A DNA stretch of 64,000 nucleotides from assembly GCA_963664875.1 (NCBI GenBank), contig OY761611.1, positions 1,184,001 to 1,248,000 on the forward strand, given 5' to 3'. The first letter of the stretch is position 1. Every line of letters starts with the position of its first letter. Origin of the DNA: Candidatus Kapaibacterium sp. (lineage in GTDB: Bacteria; Bacteroidota; Ignavibacteria; Kapaibacteriales; UBA2268). Below the pieces are notes generated by a model. That model did not search any database. It saw only the letters and a list, made by a program, of their open reading frames with translations, and had not been told where the DNA came from. Both the position numbers and the translations under genes were made by a program. Below, piece by piece: positions 48,028 to 57,200 of this stretch.

Positions 48028-51000
48028 ATGTATTTATCTAAGGTAGATTTAGTAGGATTCAAATCCTTCGCGCATAAAACTGAAATTAAATTTGCACCGG
48101 GGGTTTCGGCATTAGTCGGGCCTAATGGTTGTGGCAAATCAAATATAGTAGATGCTGTCAGGTGGGTACTCGGAGAGCAGAAAACAAGTGTGCTCCGCTC
48201 GGACGTAATGGAAAACGTTATATTCAATGGTACTAAAACCCGAAAACCTCTCGGCATGGCAGAAGTTACACTTACTATCAAGAACGACAAAGGAGTGCTG
48301 CCATCTGAATATACAGAACTTACAATCACTCGTCGCTTGTTTAGAAGTGGCGAAAGCCAATATCTTTTAAATAAAACAAAATGCCGCCTGAGAGATATAC
48401 TAGATCTCTTTATGGACACGGGCATGGGGCCGGATTCTTATTCTGTTATTGAATTAAAGCAAGTAGAAGCAATTCTTTCAGGCAGAGTAGATGACAGAAG
48501 AGCTATGATAGAAGAAGCTGCAGGTATCAAAAAATATAAACTCAGAAGAAAAGAAGCTCTTAGAAAACTCGAAAGTGTCCAAGGCGATTTAGATAGGGTT
48601 CGAGACATCGTTTCAGAAGTACAAAAAAATGTAAATTCTCTTTCGCGTCAGGCTTCTAAAACTAAAAAATACAACACTTTATTAAGTGAGCTTAAAGAGA
48701 AAGAATCTTCCCTCCTACTGCATGAGTACGAGCATTACAAGAGTGAATATTCGACGCTTGAAGAAGAACTCAAAGGATTTAACTCCGAGAAAATCAAATT
48801 AGACTTTCAGATTTCTGATATGGAAAAAACTATCAGCTCTCTGAAAGAAAAGCTTAATGCAATAGATAACAATTTCAAACAAGCCCGCTCTGCCGAAGGG
48901 AAACTTCATGCTTCGCTGGCAAACATGAAACAATCGCTTGCCGTAACTGAGCAAAAAGCCATTTCAATTGATCAGGACAGAAAACGACTTGCCGATGAAA
49001 TAAAAGAAGCAACTCAAAACGCTGAACAATCGAAAGTATTTTTGGAAGAAACCCGATTGCGTCTTGGCAATTTGAGCAGCGAAAAAGAGAGCATAAAATC
49101 TGTCATGAGTTCTGCTATTTCCGAAAAGCTCGAAGCAGAAAAAATGGTTGCTGAGCTACGCAGAAAAGCAGGTGACGACAACGCTGAGGTTATGAAGTTT
49201 CAAAATCAAATTCACAACATAGATCAGCAGGCAAAAAGAAACGATTCGAAAAAGAACAATCTTAAACAAAAAATATATCAATCCTCTGAAGAAAGAAACA
49301 GCTTGCAATCGCAGCTTGGTGAGCTTGAAGATGATTTGCAAAATGCAATCGATGAAAAAGCAGAATTACACGATTTGCTTGTGGAAGCAGAACTTACTTT
49401 GCAATCTGAAACAGAAAGAAGGGCTTCTCTCCAAGTCGAGATAGACGAATTGAGAAATAAAGTCAACGATGTCAAAAACCAGATAAGCTCAAAAAAAGCT
49501 TCTCTTGAGTTTCTTGCCGGGCTTATGGATACTACTGATATTTCAAAATTCCTAATTAGTTCGCAGGATTGGAAGCCGAGCAACGAAAAGACTTTGCTGG
49601 TCGAAGCAGTAGGCACTGATGAGAAATTTAGAATAGCAGTTGAATCTGCACTTGGTGAAGCAGCACACTTTTTTGTTGTTGACACAAAAGAAGACGCAGC
49701 CTCTGCATTCTCTACTTTAAAAAACAAGCAAAAAGGCAAAGCTACTTTTATATGTAGGGACTTGATAAACGCTCTGCCTAAACCTGCTGATATAGCTGTG
49801 GATGACAAAATATACGGCAGACTAAGCGAAATTGTCAGAGTCGATGAATCACTGCGAAACGCCCTACGTGGCATTGTCGGCAATATGGTTATCGTAGATA
49901 CCATAGAAACAGCAGAAAATATAGTCAATTCAGGCACTGCATCCTCTGCTGTAACTCTCAATGGTGAAATCTTTGGTGCTAAAGGAATTATCAAAGGCGG
50001 TAGTACATCCCAAAAAGAGGGTCTCATTGTAGGTAAAAAGGAACGAATAGAACAATTAAAAGCTGAGATAGACGCTCTGACCATCAAATCCAACGAGTTA
50101 GATTTGGAACTAAGCAACTCAAGAGCAGAGTTCAATCTAATTGATATTCAAAACCTCACAAATGAAGTCCGTAAAGCAGAAAAAGATAAAAAAGATAATG
50201 AAAACAAGATAGCACAGCTCAAACTCAAAAAAGAAGCTATTGATAACAAAATTGAACTTGCCGAAACTAACGTAACACAATACACCGAAGAGCTTGGTGA
50301 AATAGAATCGGAAGAGTCTGACTATAAAGAGCAAATAGCTTCTATTAAAGTTAAACTGGAAGAAAAAGAAGCCTCTTACAAGTTGGCAATGAAAGACCTA
50401 AGCTATGCCGAATCAGAATTGCGTGAAAAACAGGAAAAGCACAGAGAAACAGAAAAAGAAGAAGTTCAGCTTCTCGCAGAGATTCGTCGTTTGGAATCTG
50501 ATATGGAAAGATTGGAAAAACAGATAGATGATTTTGAGCAAAAATCTGAAAAGAAACAGGAAGAACTCGAAGGCAAAGACGACGAAGAAGAAAGCCTCAA
50601 AAATCAAATCTACGACCTTAAAAAAAATATAGAACAGTCAGAATCAGAACTGAATGAAGTAAAGAGTAAAAGAGAATTCCTCGGCGACGAAAAAGATAAA
50701 ATACAGGAACAAATCGAGCAAAGCGATACTTCGTTCAACCAACTTAGAAAAATGTATGACGCAACTAAGGAAAAGATTCACAACAAAGAAATCAAGGCAA
50801 CCGATATCAATGTACACATAGAAAATGTTAAAGACAGATATCACGAGCAATTCGGCGAGGATATGACTTTAAAAGAATTTGAAGCTGTGCCGGGTTTTGA
50901 TTTTGTATCCAACCGTGAAGAAGTCGCAGAACTTAAAGAAAAGCTACAAGCCTTAGGCAATGTAAACTTTATGGCTTTGGAAGAATTTGAAACACAAAGC

Positions 51001-51582
51001 GAACGTCTTACATTCTATAACCAACAGGTTAGCGATTTGACTGAAGCCGAAAAAATACTTGAACAGACAATCTGGGAAATAAACAGAACTGCAGAAGAAA
51101 ACTTTAAAGCTACATTCGAGCAGATAAAGAAAAATTTCCAAATGCTTTTCAAAACTTTATTTAATGAAGAAGGTGAAGCAGATATCAGATTAAAAGAGGG
51201 CAACCCATTAGAAGCAGATATTGAGATAATGGCAAAGCCTCCTAATAAAAAGCCAAACTCTATCGAGCAACTTTCGGGCGGCGAAAAAACCCTGACTGCT
51301 ATTTCTCTGTTATTTGCCATCTATTTGGTTAAACCAAGTCCGTTTTGCATACTCGACGAGGTTGACGCACCTTTAGATGATGCCAATATCGGAAGATTTA
51401 TTGATATGATTAGAAGATTCAGCACAGAAACTCAGTTTTTGATTGTTACTCATAACAAAAAAACAATGGAAGCTGCAGAAACACTTTACGGTGTAACTCA
51501 GCAGGAACCGGGAGTTTCTAAATCTGTGGCAGTTAAGCTAAACAGGCAGGAAATCACTCCTATCGAAGATGTCAAATTGTAG
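48028..51582 (+). CDS. smc: Chromosome segregation protein SMC
   Basis: GFKSFA, VGPNGCGKSN, coiled coils, hinge VTLNG...GIIKGG, LSGGEK, ILDEVDAPLD. Confidence 0.97.
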   Translation: MYLSKVDLVGFKSFAHKTEIKFAPGVSALVGPNGCGKSNIVDAVRWVLGEQKTSVLRSDVMENVIFNGTKTRKPLGMAEVTLTIKNDKGVLPSEYTELTITRRLFRSGESQYLLNKTKCRLRDILDLFMDTGMGPDSYSVIELKQVEAILSGRVDDRRAMIEEAAGIKKYKLRRKEALRKLESVQGDLDRVRDIVSEVQKNVNSLSRQASKTKKYNTLLSELKEKESSLLLHEYEHYKSEYSTLEEELKGFNSEKIKLDFQISDMEKTISSLKEKLNAIDNNFKQARSAEGKLHASLANMKQSLAVTEQKAISIDQDRKRLADEIKEATQNAEQSKVFLEETRLRLGNLSSEKESIKSVMSSAISEKLEAEKMVAELRRKAGDDNAEVMKFQNQIHNIDQQAKRNDSKKNNLKQKIYQSSEERNSLQSQLGELEDDLQNAIDEKAELHDLLVEAELTLQSETERRASLQVEIDELRNKVNDVKNQISSKKASLEFLAGLMDTTDISKFLISSQDWKPSNEKTLLVEAVGTDEKFRIAVESALGEAAHFFVVDTKEDAASAFSTLKNKQKGKATFICRDLINALPKPADIAVDDKIYGRLSEIVRVDESLRNALRGIVGNMVIVDTIETAENIVNSGTASSAVTLNGEIFGAKGIIKGGSTSQKEGLIVGKKERIEQLKAEIDALTIKSNELDLELSNSRAEFNLIDIQNLTNEVRKAEKDKKDNENKIAQLKLKKEAIDNKIELAETNVTQYTEELGEIESEESDYKEQIASIKVKLEEKEASYKLAMKDLSYAESELREKQEKHRETEKEEVQLLAEIRRLESDMERLEKQIDDFEQKSEKKQEELEGKDDEEESLKNQIYDLKKNIEQSESELNEVKSKREFLGDEKDKIQEQIEQSDTSFNQLRKMYDATKEKIHNKEIKATDINVHIENVKDRYHEQFGEDMTLKEFEAVPGFDFVSNREEVAELKEKLQALGNVNFMALEEFETQSERLTFYNQQVSDLTEAEKILEQTIWEINRTAEENFKATFEQIKKNFQMLFKTLFNEEGEADIRLKEGNPLEADIEIMAKPPNKKPNSIEQLSGGEKTLTAISLLFAIYLVKPSPFCILDEVDAPLDDANIGRFIDMIRRFSTETQFLIVTHNKKTMEAAETLYGVTQQEPGVSKSVAVKLNRQEITPIEDVKL

Positions 51583-51624
51583 GTAATTCGGCTGATTTCG
51601 CTAAGAAGATATTTTGCCAAAAAG

Positions 51625-51818
51625 AGGATATCTCTTAAGTCAAAATTTGCATCATATTTTTGATGTTTGCAAGTTTTACCGACAGCTGAAGCAGTCGGTT
51701 GCACTTCTGTAACTCATTACAACCGCATGCTTTAGCTTGCGGTAGAAGAAAATATAACGTTTGTTTTCCCTCTACATATACTAAGAGCATGACAAAACTC
51801 AGACTTCTGAGACAGCCT
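51625..51818. mobile_element. MITE-like non-coding element with imperfect TIRs and an internal REP-like hairpin doublet (copy B)
   Basis: Left aggatatctcttaagtc, right gacttctgagacagcct; homologous to 27482-27668. Confidence 0.75.
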
Positions 51819-51842
51819 TTAAAATTTCATAGCAAGAGTTCA

Positions 51843-53147
51843 CTACTCTTTCTTTCTTGCGACTCCAATCCCGACAGACAGTTTTCTTGAATAGTCAGGC
51901 CGTTCACTTTTCATTACATTACAGTTATTGATAAGCATTATGCTTGAGCCACCACCATCTAAATTCATGGCTTCGTAGCAGCCCAGCTTTTTCATGATGC
52001 GAGCAAGCTCAGTGAGATTTGCACCGTTTGTTTTATTTTTTCGATTGCCCTGCTCGACTGTAACTATAAATACTTTAGACTTGTCTTTAGAAAAGCCAAT
52101 AGCAGTACGAGGCAATCTATGTCTGATAAATCTTCGCCCTTTTGAGCCTTCCGCTATTGCTTCATGCCTGTCTTTTCCTTTTCTGACAAGCCGCGGAGTG
52201 CCGGATACAGAATTGAAAAACACAGTTTTTTTCATGATGTTTGTTTGATATAAAATCTGTATAGTGTCGTTAAGGATTGGTATCTTATAAGCAGGTATAT
52301 CAGCTCCAAATGAAATTATGCAGCCATTTTCCGGCATATTGACAGTACCTTCGGTTTCTTGCCTTACTACACATTTGACAGGGCTATTTACTGTCGGTTT
52401 TTCCAAATACTCAACAACAATTTTTTTCATAGCAAACTCAGTCATTGAAGCCTGTTTTTCGGAGATGAGATTATCTCTAAACTCATCATAATCCAAGCCT
52501 TCTTCGGTAGAATCAGCTATACTTTCGTCAAACTCATTTTCTTTAACAGCCTGTTCGAAAGCATCAGAAATAACAGATGATTTGATATATGGAATAGTTT
52601 CTCCACCATATTTGTTATAAACCACTATCCCCGTAGAATCTTTTCTTCTGTTGGTAAAATCTATTTGCATAGAATCTTTGCCATAAATTATCTTCCCTGA
52701 AATATCAAAAGTATCAATTACAGGAGAGTTTAACTTATCAAAAAAAATACTACTCCACTGCTTATGCCTGTGCATCTGAAGCACTTCTCCATCAATAACA
52801 GTAGGTCCTATCGGAAAATTGGAATACGCTCTCCAAAAGTTAGCGTTTACTGCCCCGAGTATTTCATAGTTATCATTGTCGTAAGAACTTACTATGTCAT
52901 GGAGTTTCTCTAATTCTGAGTTATTGTTTTTGGCTTTTAAAACTTTTATGAAGTTCTGAGGTATCATTCTGCTGACTTCTATAATATGAACCGAATGTTT
53001 ACGGCTTCCGGTAGAAGTCATTATTTTATTAGTATAGATAGCTCCAAGCCCAAGAATAGAGTCTTTGACAATTATATCTTTTGCAGGTAATAAGTCGGAA
53101 CCAATCACTGTGAAGAGGAATAACAAAATTATGTATTTGATTTTCAT
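51843..53147 (-). CDS. Phosphodiester glycosidase (NAGPA-like) family secreted protein
   Basis: Signal peptide; GAVNANFW, PRTAIG, EAMNLDGGGSS. Confidence 0.85.
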   Translation of the reverse strand: MKIKYIILLFLFTVIGSDLLPAKDIIVKDSILGLGAIYTNKIMTSTGSRKHSVHIIEVSRMIPQNFIKVLKAKNNNSELEKLHDIVSSYDNDNYEILGAVNANFWRAYSNFPIGPTVIDGEVLQMHRHKQWSSIFFDKLNSPVIDTFDISGKIIYGKDSMQIDFTNRRKDSTGIVVYNKYGGETIPYIKSSVISDAFEQAVKENEFDESIADSTEEGLDYDEFRDNLISEKQASMTEFAMKKIVVEYLEKPTVNSPVKCVVRQETEGTVNMPENGCIISFGADIPAYKIPILNDTIQILYQTNIMKKTVFFNSVSGTPRLVRKGKDRHEAIAEGSKGRRFIRHRLPRTAIGFSKDKSKVFIVTVEQGNRKNKTNGANLTELARIMKKLGCYEAMNLDGGGSSIMLINNCNVMKSERPDYSRKLSVGIGVARKKE

Positions 53148-53242
53148 ATATAATATTAAGTGTATTTAATAGTCGTGATATGATATATTGCTCGTGCAAA
53201 ATATCAATAAGAAACACAATAACAAAATAAAAAGGAGATAAT

Positions 53243-54025
53243 ATGCCTTACGAAAACATTAAGCTAAACATAGAAAACAATATCGCCATCATAACACTGA
53301 ACAGACCTCAGAAACTAAACGCTCTTAATTTCCAATTATTAAAAGAGTTAGAATCTGCTTTAAAAGAGATCTATACCAATACTCTTATCAAAGCCCTGAT
53401 AATAACAGGCGATGGAGAAAAAGCATTTGCAGCAGGTGCTGATATAGCAGAATTGCACGAAAACGATAAAGCACATGGCACTATGTTCTCTGAGTATGGT
53501 TCTTACGTTTTTCGAATGATCGAGCAATTAGAAATCCCATCTATTGCTGCAATCAACGGTTTCGCTTTAGGAGGCGGTTGCGAATTGGCACTTTCATGCG
53601 ACATTCGTTTTGCTTCGGAAAATGCAAAACTCGGACAGCCGGAAGTAAATCTTGGTATTATACCGGGATACGGAGGTACTCAGCGTTTGACTCACTTGGT
53701 AGGCTCAGCAAAATCCATGGAACTTATTCTAAGCGGAGATGTAATTGATGCCTCAGAAGCTGAAAAAATTGGTCTAGTAAATAAAGTATATTCGCCGGAT
53801 AATCTATTACAAGAATCTATTGACTTTGCAAACAAAATAGCATCAAAAAGCAAACCCGTGATAGCAGCAGCCAGAAAAGCAATCATTGCAGCTTCGAACC
53901 TCAGCAAATTAGAAGGTCTGCGTTATGAATCTGAATTGTTCGGAGAGCTATGTATCACTGACGATTTCAAAGAAGGTACAAAAGCATTTTTAGAAAAAAG
54001 AAAACCGGATTTTAAGGACAAGTAG
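53243..54025 (+). CDS. Enoyl-CoA hydratase/crotonase family protein
   Basis: LNRPQKLNAL, AFAAGADI, GFALGGGCELALSCD, GQPEVNLGIIPGYGGTQRL. Confidence 0.92.
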   Translation: MPYENIKLNIENNIAIITLNRPQKLNALNFQLLKELESALKEIYTNTLIKALIITGDGEKAFAAGADIAELHENDKAHGTMFSEYGSYVFRMIEQLEIPSIAAINGFALGGGCELALSCDIRFASENAKLGQPEVNLGIIPGYGGTQRLTHLVGSAKSMELILSGDVIDASEAEKIGLVNKVYSPDNLLQESIDFANKIASKSKPVIAAARKAIIAASNLSKLEGLRYESELFGELCITDDFKEGTKAFLEKRKPDFKDK

Positions 54026-54054
54026 AACATTGTCAGTCTAGAAGAATCAAATGG

Positions 54055-54094
54055 AAACGCAGGGAAACAAGCATATATTCTCTGCGTTTTTTTT
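54055..54094 (+). terminator. Intrinsic terminator after the crotonase gene
   Basis: aaacgcagggaa...ttctctgcgtttttttt. Confidence 0.75.
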
Positions 54095-54259
54095 GCAATA
54101 CCAAATATCGAAATAAGTTACTAACATTATGAAAATCAATAAAATAGGTACTTCAGATTAGAAAGGTATTGCCGATATTAGAAGTATATGATTGGAACAA
54201 AATTAGATCGGTGAGATTTATTAGACAAAAAGTTTTGACTTAAGAGAAAGGATTCTCCA

Positions 54260-57200
54260 ATGAAGGAAATTTACGGATATAGAAAGTTTCTTATAGCCCT
54301 GATATTGCTGTTTGCGGTATCGGGTATTGATGTATATGCTCAAACGAATTGGACTGGTGGTGGTTTAGATGATAATTGGAGCAATGCTGCTAATTGGGAC
54401 AATGGGATACCAGATCAATTTGCTGATGTTACAATACCAAATAATGTAAACATAATAATAAACACAGCTGCCTCTTGTAAAAGCCTCACATTCAACGACG
54501 TTGGCGTAGGTAATTCTACTATCACAGCAAGTGGATCTCGGACTCTAACAATGTACGGCGATTTGGATCTAACCGGAACTGACGATATACTTACTATCTC
54601 GCAAGGTGTCGGCACTCTTAATCTTACCTTCATGGGAGCCGGAAATATTACTACAGGCTCTGACGGAGATATTACTGTAAATAATTTAGTAGTAAATGCC
54701 GGTGCAGGTATAGTAAACTTAATAGGTGGCACTGATGATGATGACATTATTGTAAAAGGGAATATTACTGTTGGAAATTTAAGTTCACTCTTAGATGGTG
54801 GCACTGATGTACGTTTAGTAATGAATGGTGGTATAACACAAAGCATTACTATCTATTCATTAGGTATTTTTTCCATTTCAGATTTGTTTATTGATGGTGC
54901 GGGAACAGATGTACGAACTAACTCCAATATTCAAATTGGAGAATTAGATATCAATAACGGCTCATTTACACAAACAGCAGGAATAACAAAGATATCTGAA
55001 AGTTCAAATTATACAGCAGGTTCAGCTACCTTTGTTAATTTAGACATTACAGCCGGCGGAGCTATCACATGGAATATACCTTGCACTATCAATGGTACAT
55101 TCAATAAATCCGGTGCAGGAACACTAGATATAACAGATGAAATTACTTTTGATAATAGTGCATCAAGAAGTCTCACTTGCGCAGGTGGTACCGTAACTTT
55201 CGAAAATATAACTGTTACAGCAGGTTCTGATGTTACAACATCAAGCTCGTTTACAATTGGTGATGGAACACTCGGCTCAACTTTTACTGTGAATAACGGT
55301 GCAACTTTTATCGCCTCAGGTGGCACACAAACCCTGAACGGAACTACTACAGCTGTTGATATAGTCAATAACAGCGGTACTATTACTTTTAATGACTTAG
55401 TCTGCTCGGCAGGTTTTACAACATTAAATGGCTCGGCAGATTGTGCATCTCTTGCAGTAGGTATAACAGGAAGATTCAATGCCAAAGACGGCACAAATGA
55501 CCAACTGACACTATCCGGCAATCTTACAATGACAGCCGGTGGCCGATTTGGGAATGGAATAGCACCGGATGTGATTTTTGATGCACCCGCTGCTATAAAT
55601 ACAGGAGCGGATGCAGACATTACATTCAATGATCTAACGATTTCAAGTGCAGCTGTAACATTAACAGGTAGTGCAGATGACGATGATTTGTTAATACAGG
55701 GAGATGTAAATCTCACCGGAACTGCCAGCTTGCAAGATGGTGGCGGTAATGATGTAAGACTTGTTTTTAATACGGTTGGAGTGCACAATATTGATGTTGC
55801 AAGTGGAGCAAGTTTTAATATTACTGATTTGTTTATAGATATTGCAGGCACTGACGTCAGAACTTCTTCAAATCTTACAATAGAAGAATTTGACATCAAC
55901 AACGGATCATTTACGCAAAGTGCAGGAACAACCTATATAACTGAAGATCCTTTTTATACAGGTGGTACTGTGCAATTTTACAATCTGAATGTAAATACGA
56001 CTTCAGGGAATATGGCTTGGGCTATGCCTATGACCATTCGAGGGAACTTCACACAAACAGGTGCTTTTACGCTTACTTCAAGTGCAACTACCACCATAAA
56101 TAATACTGCAACAAGAACCTTCTCTTTTGTTTCAGATAAGGTTACTCTTGATGTTTTAGATATACAGGCAAATTCTGATATAACTACTACAAGTACTTTT
56201 GCTTTTGCCGGTGGTGCTTCGCTAACTGTTGGTGTAGGTGGCTCGTTCACTGCAAATAGCACAAGCATTGTAAGCATCGACCCAACAGGTGGATTTACAA
56301 TTACAAATAACGGTGGAAATGACTCAGATATAAGCTTTTATGATTTAACTTTACTCAATAACGCCGGAACTGTAACAACCGGAACTGATATGGTCATAAC
56401 AGGTGATTTCACAGTACCTACTAACGCTATTTTTGATGCAACTGCAGGTACTGTTAAGTTTGACAATACTGCTTCAAGGAATATCGCAGTTGATGGCACT
56501 CTTACATTCTGTACTTTAGAATTAGATGCGAACTCGACTGTTGTCTCTGACAAAGGCTTTTATATTTCCAACAACAATTTTGCTCAATCAGCAGGTATTA
56601 CCATTGGGACTTCATCTTCTTTAACATTCTCAGATCCTACAGCAAATGTAATATTTGGACAAACTGCTGAAAACGGGCAAAATAAGAGCATAGTCAATAA
56701 TGGAACACTTGTTTTCAATAACCTCAGTGCGTCGGATTTAGCAAATAATAATGTAATTACTTCTGATGATTTTACTATAGCAGGTACTACTTTTGATATG
56801 GGTTCTGCTAACGGTGCTACATTCACCGCAAGTGGTGGCGAAATCACTTTCACAGGAAACTGCTTAATAGGCGGACATCCCGTGCTTCAGGTTACGCTTT
56901 GGGATATTCTGACAAGCGGAACAGCTCAGGTTACTTTTAACGATGGTGACTTATTCTCAGTAAAAGGTGATATTACCTGTAACGCTACTTCTACTTTCAA
57001 AGCTGCCGGCAATGCTGCAAGTCTAACTTTGGATGGAACAAGTTTACAGACTCTTGGGGGTAATAGTTCAGCTTCTTATCCATTTTCTTTTGGAATTTTG
57101 ATAGTTAATAAAACTCAAAACTCCTCCCCTGCTGATTATGTCAATTTAGAATTAGATACAGAGATTCAGTCAGGCGGAGCTTTAACATTAACTGATGGTA

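Noticed and set aside
49278-50135. 285-aa minus-strand ORF inside smc
   Set aside because: Antisense shadow of a conserved gene, with no recognisable motifs
27482-51818. Dispersed repeats as a CRISPR array
   Set aside because: No regularly spaced direct repeats with unique spacers, and no cas genes
51498-51890. Short ORFs 51498-51704 (-) and 51699-51890 (+)
   Set aside because: They run through the non-coding repeat element, and indels between the two copies break the frames
55009-55902. 297-aa minus-strand ORF and neighbouring antisense ORFs inside the large secreted protein gene
   Set aside because: Antisense shadows caused by the codon bias of the Gly/Thr/Asn-rich sense gene
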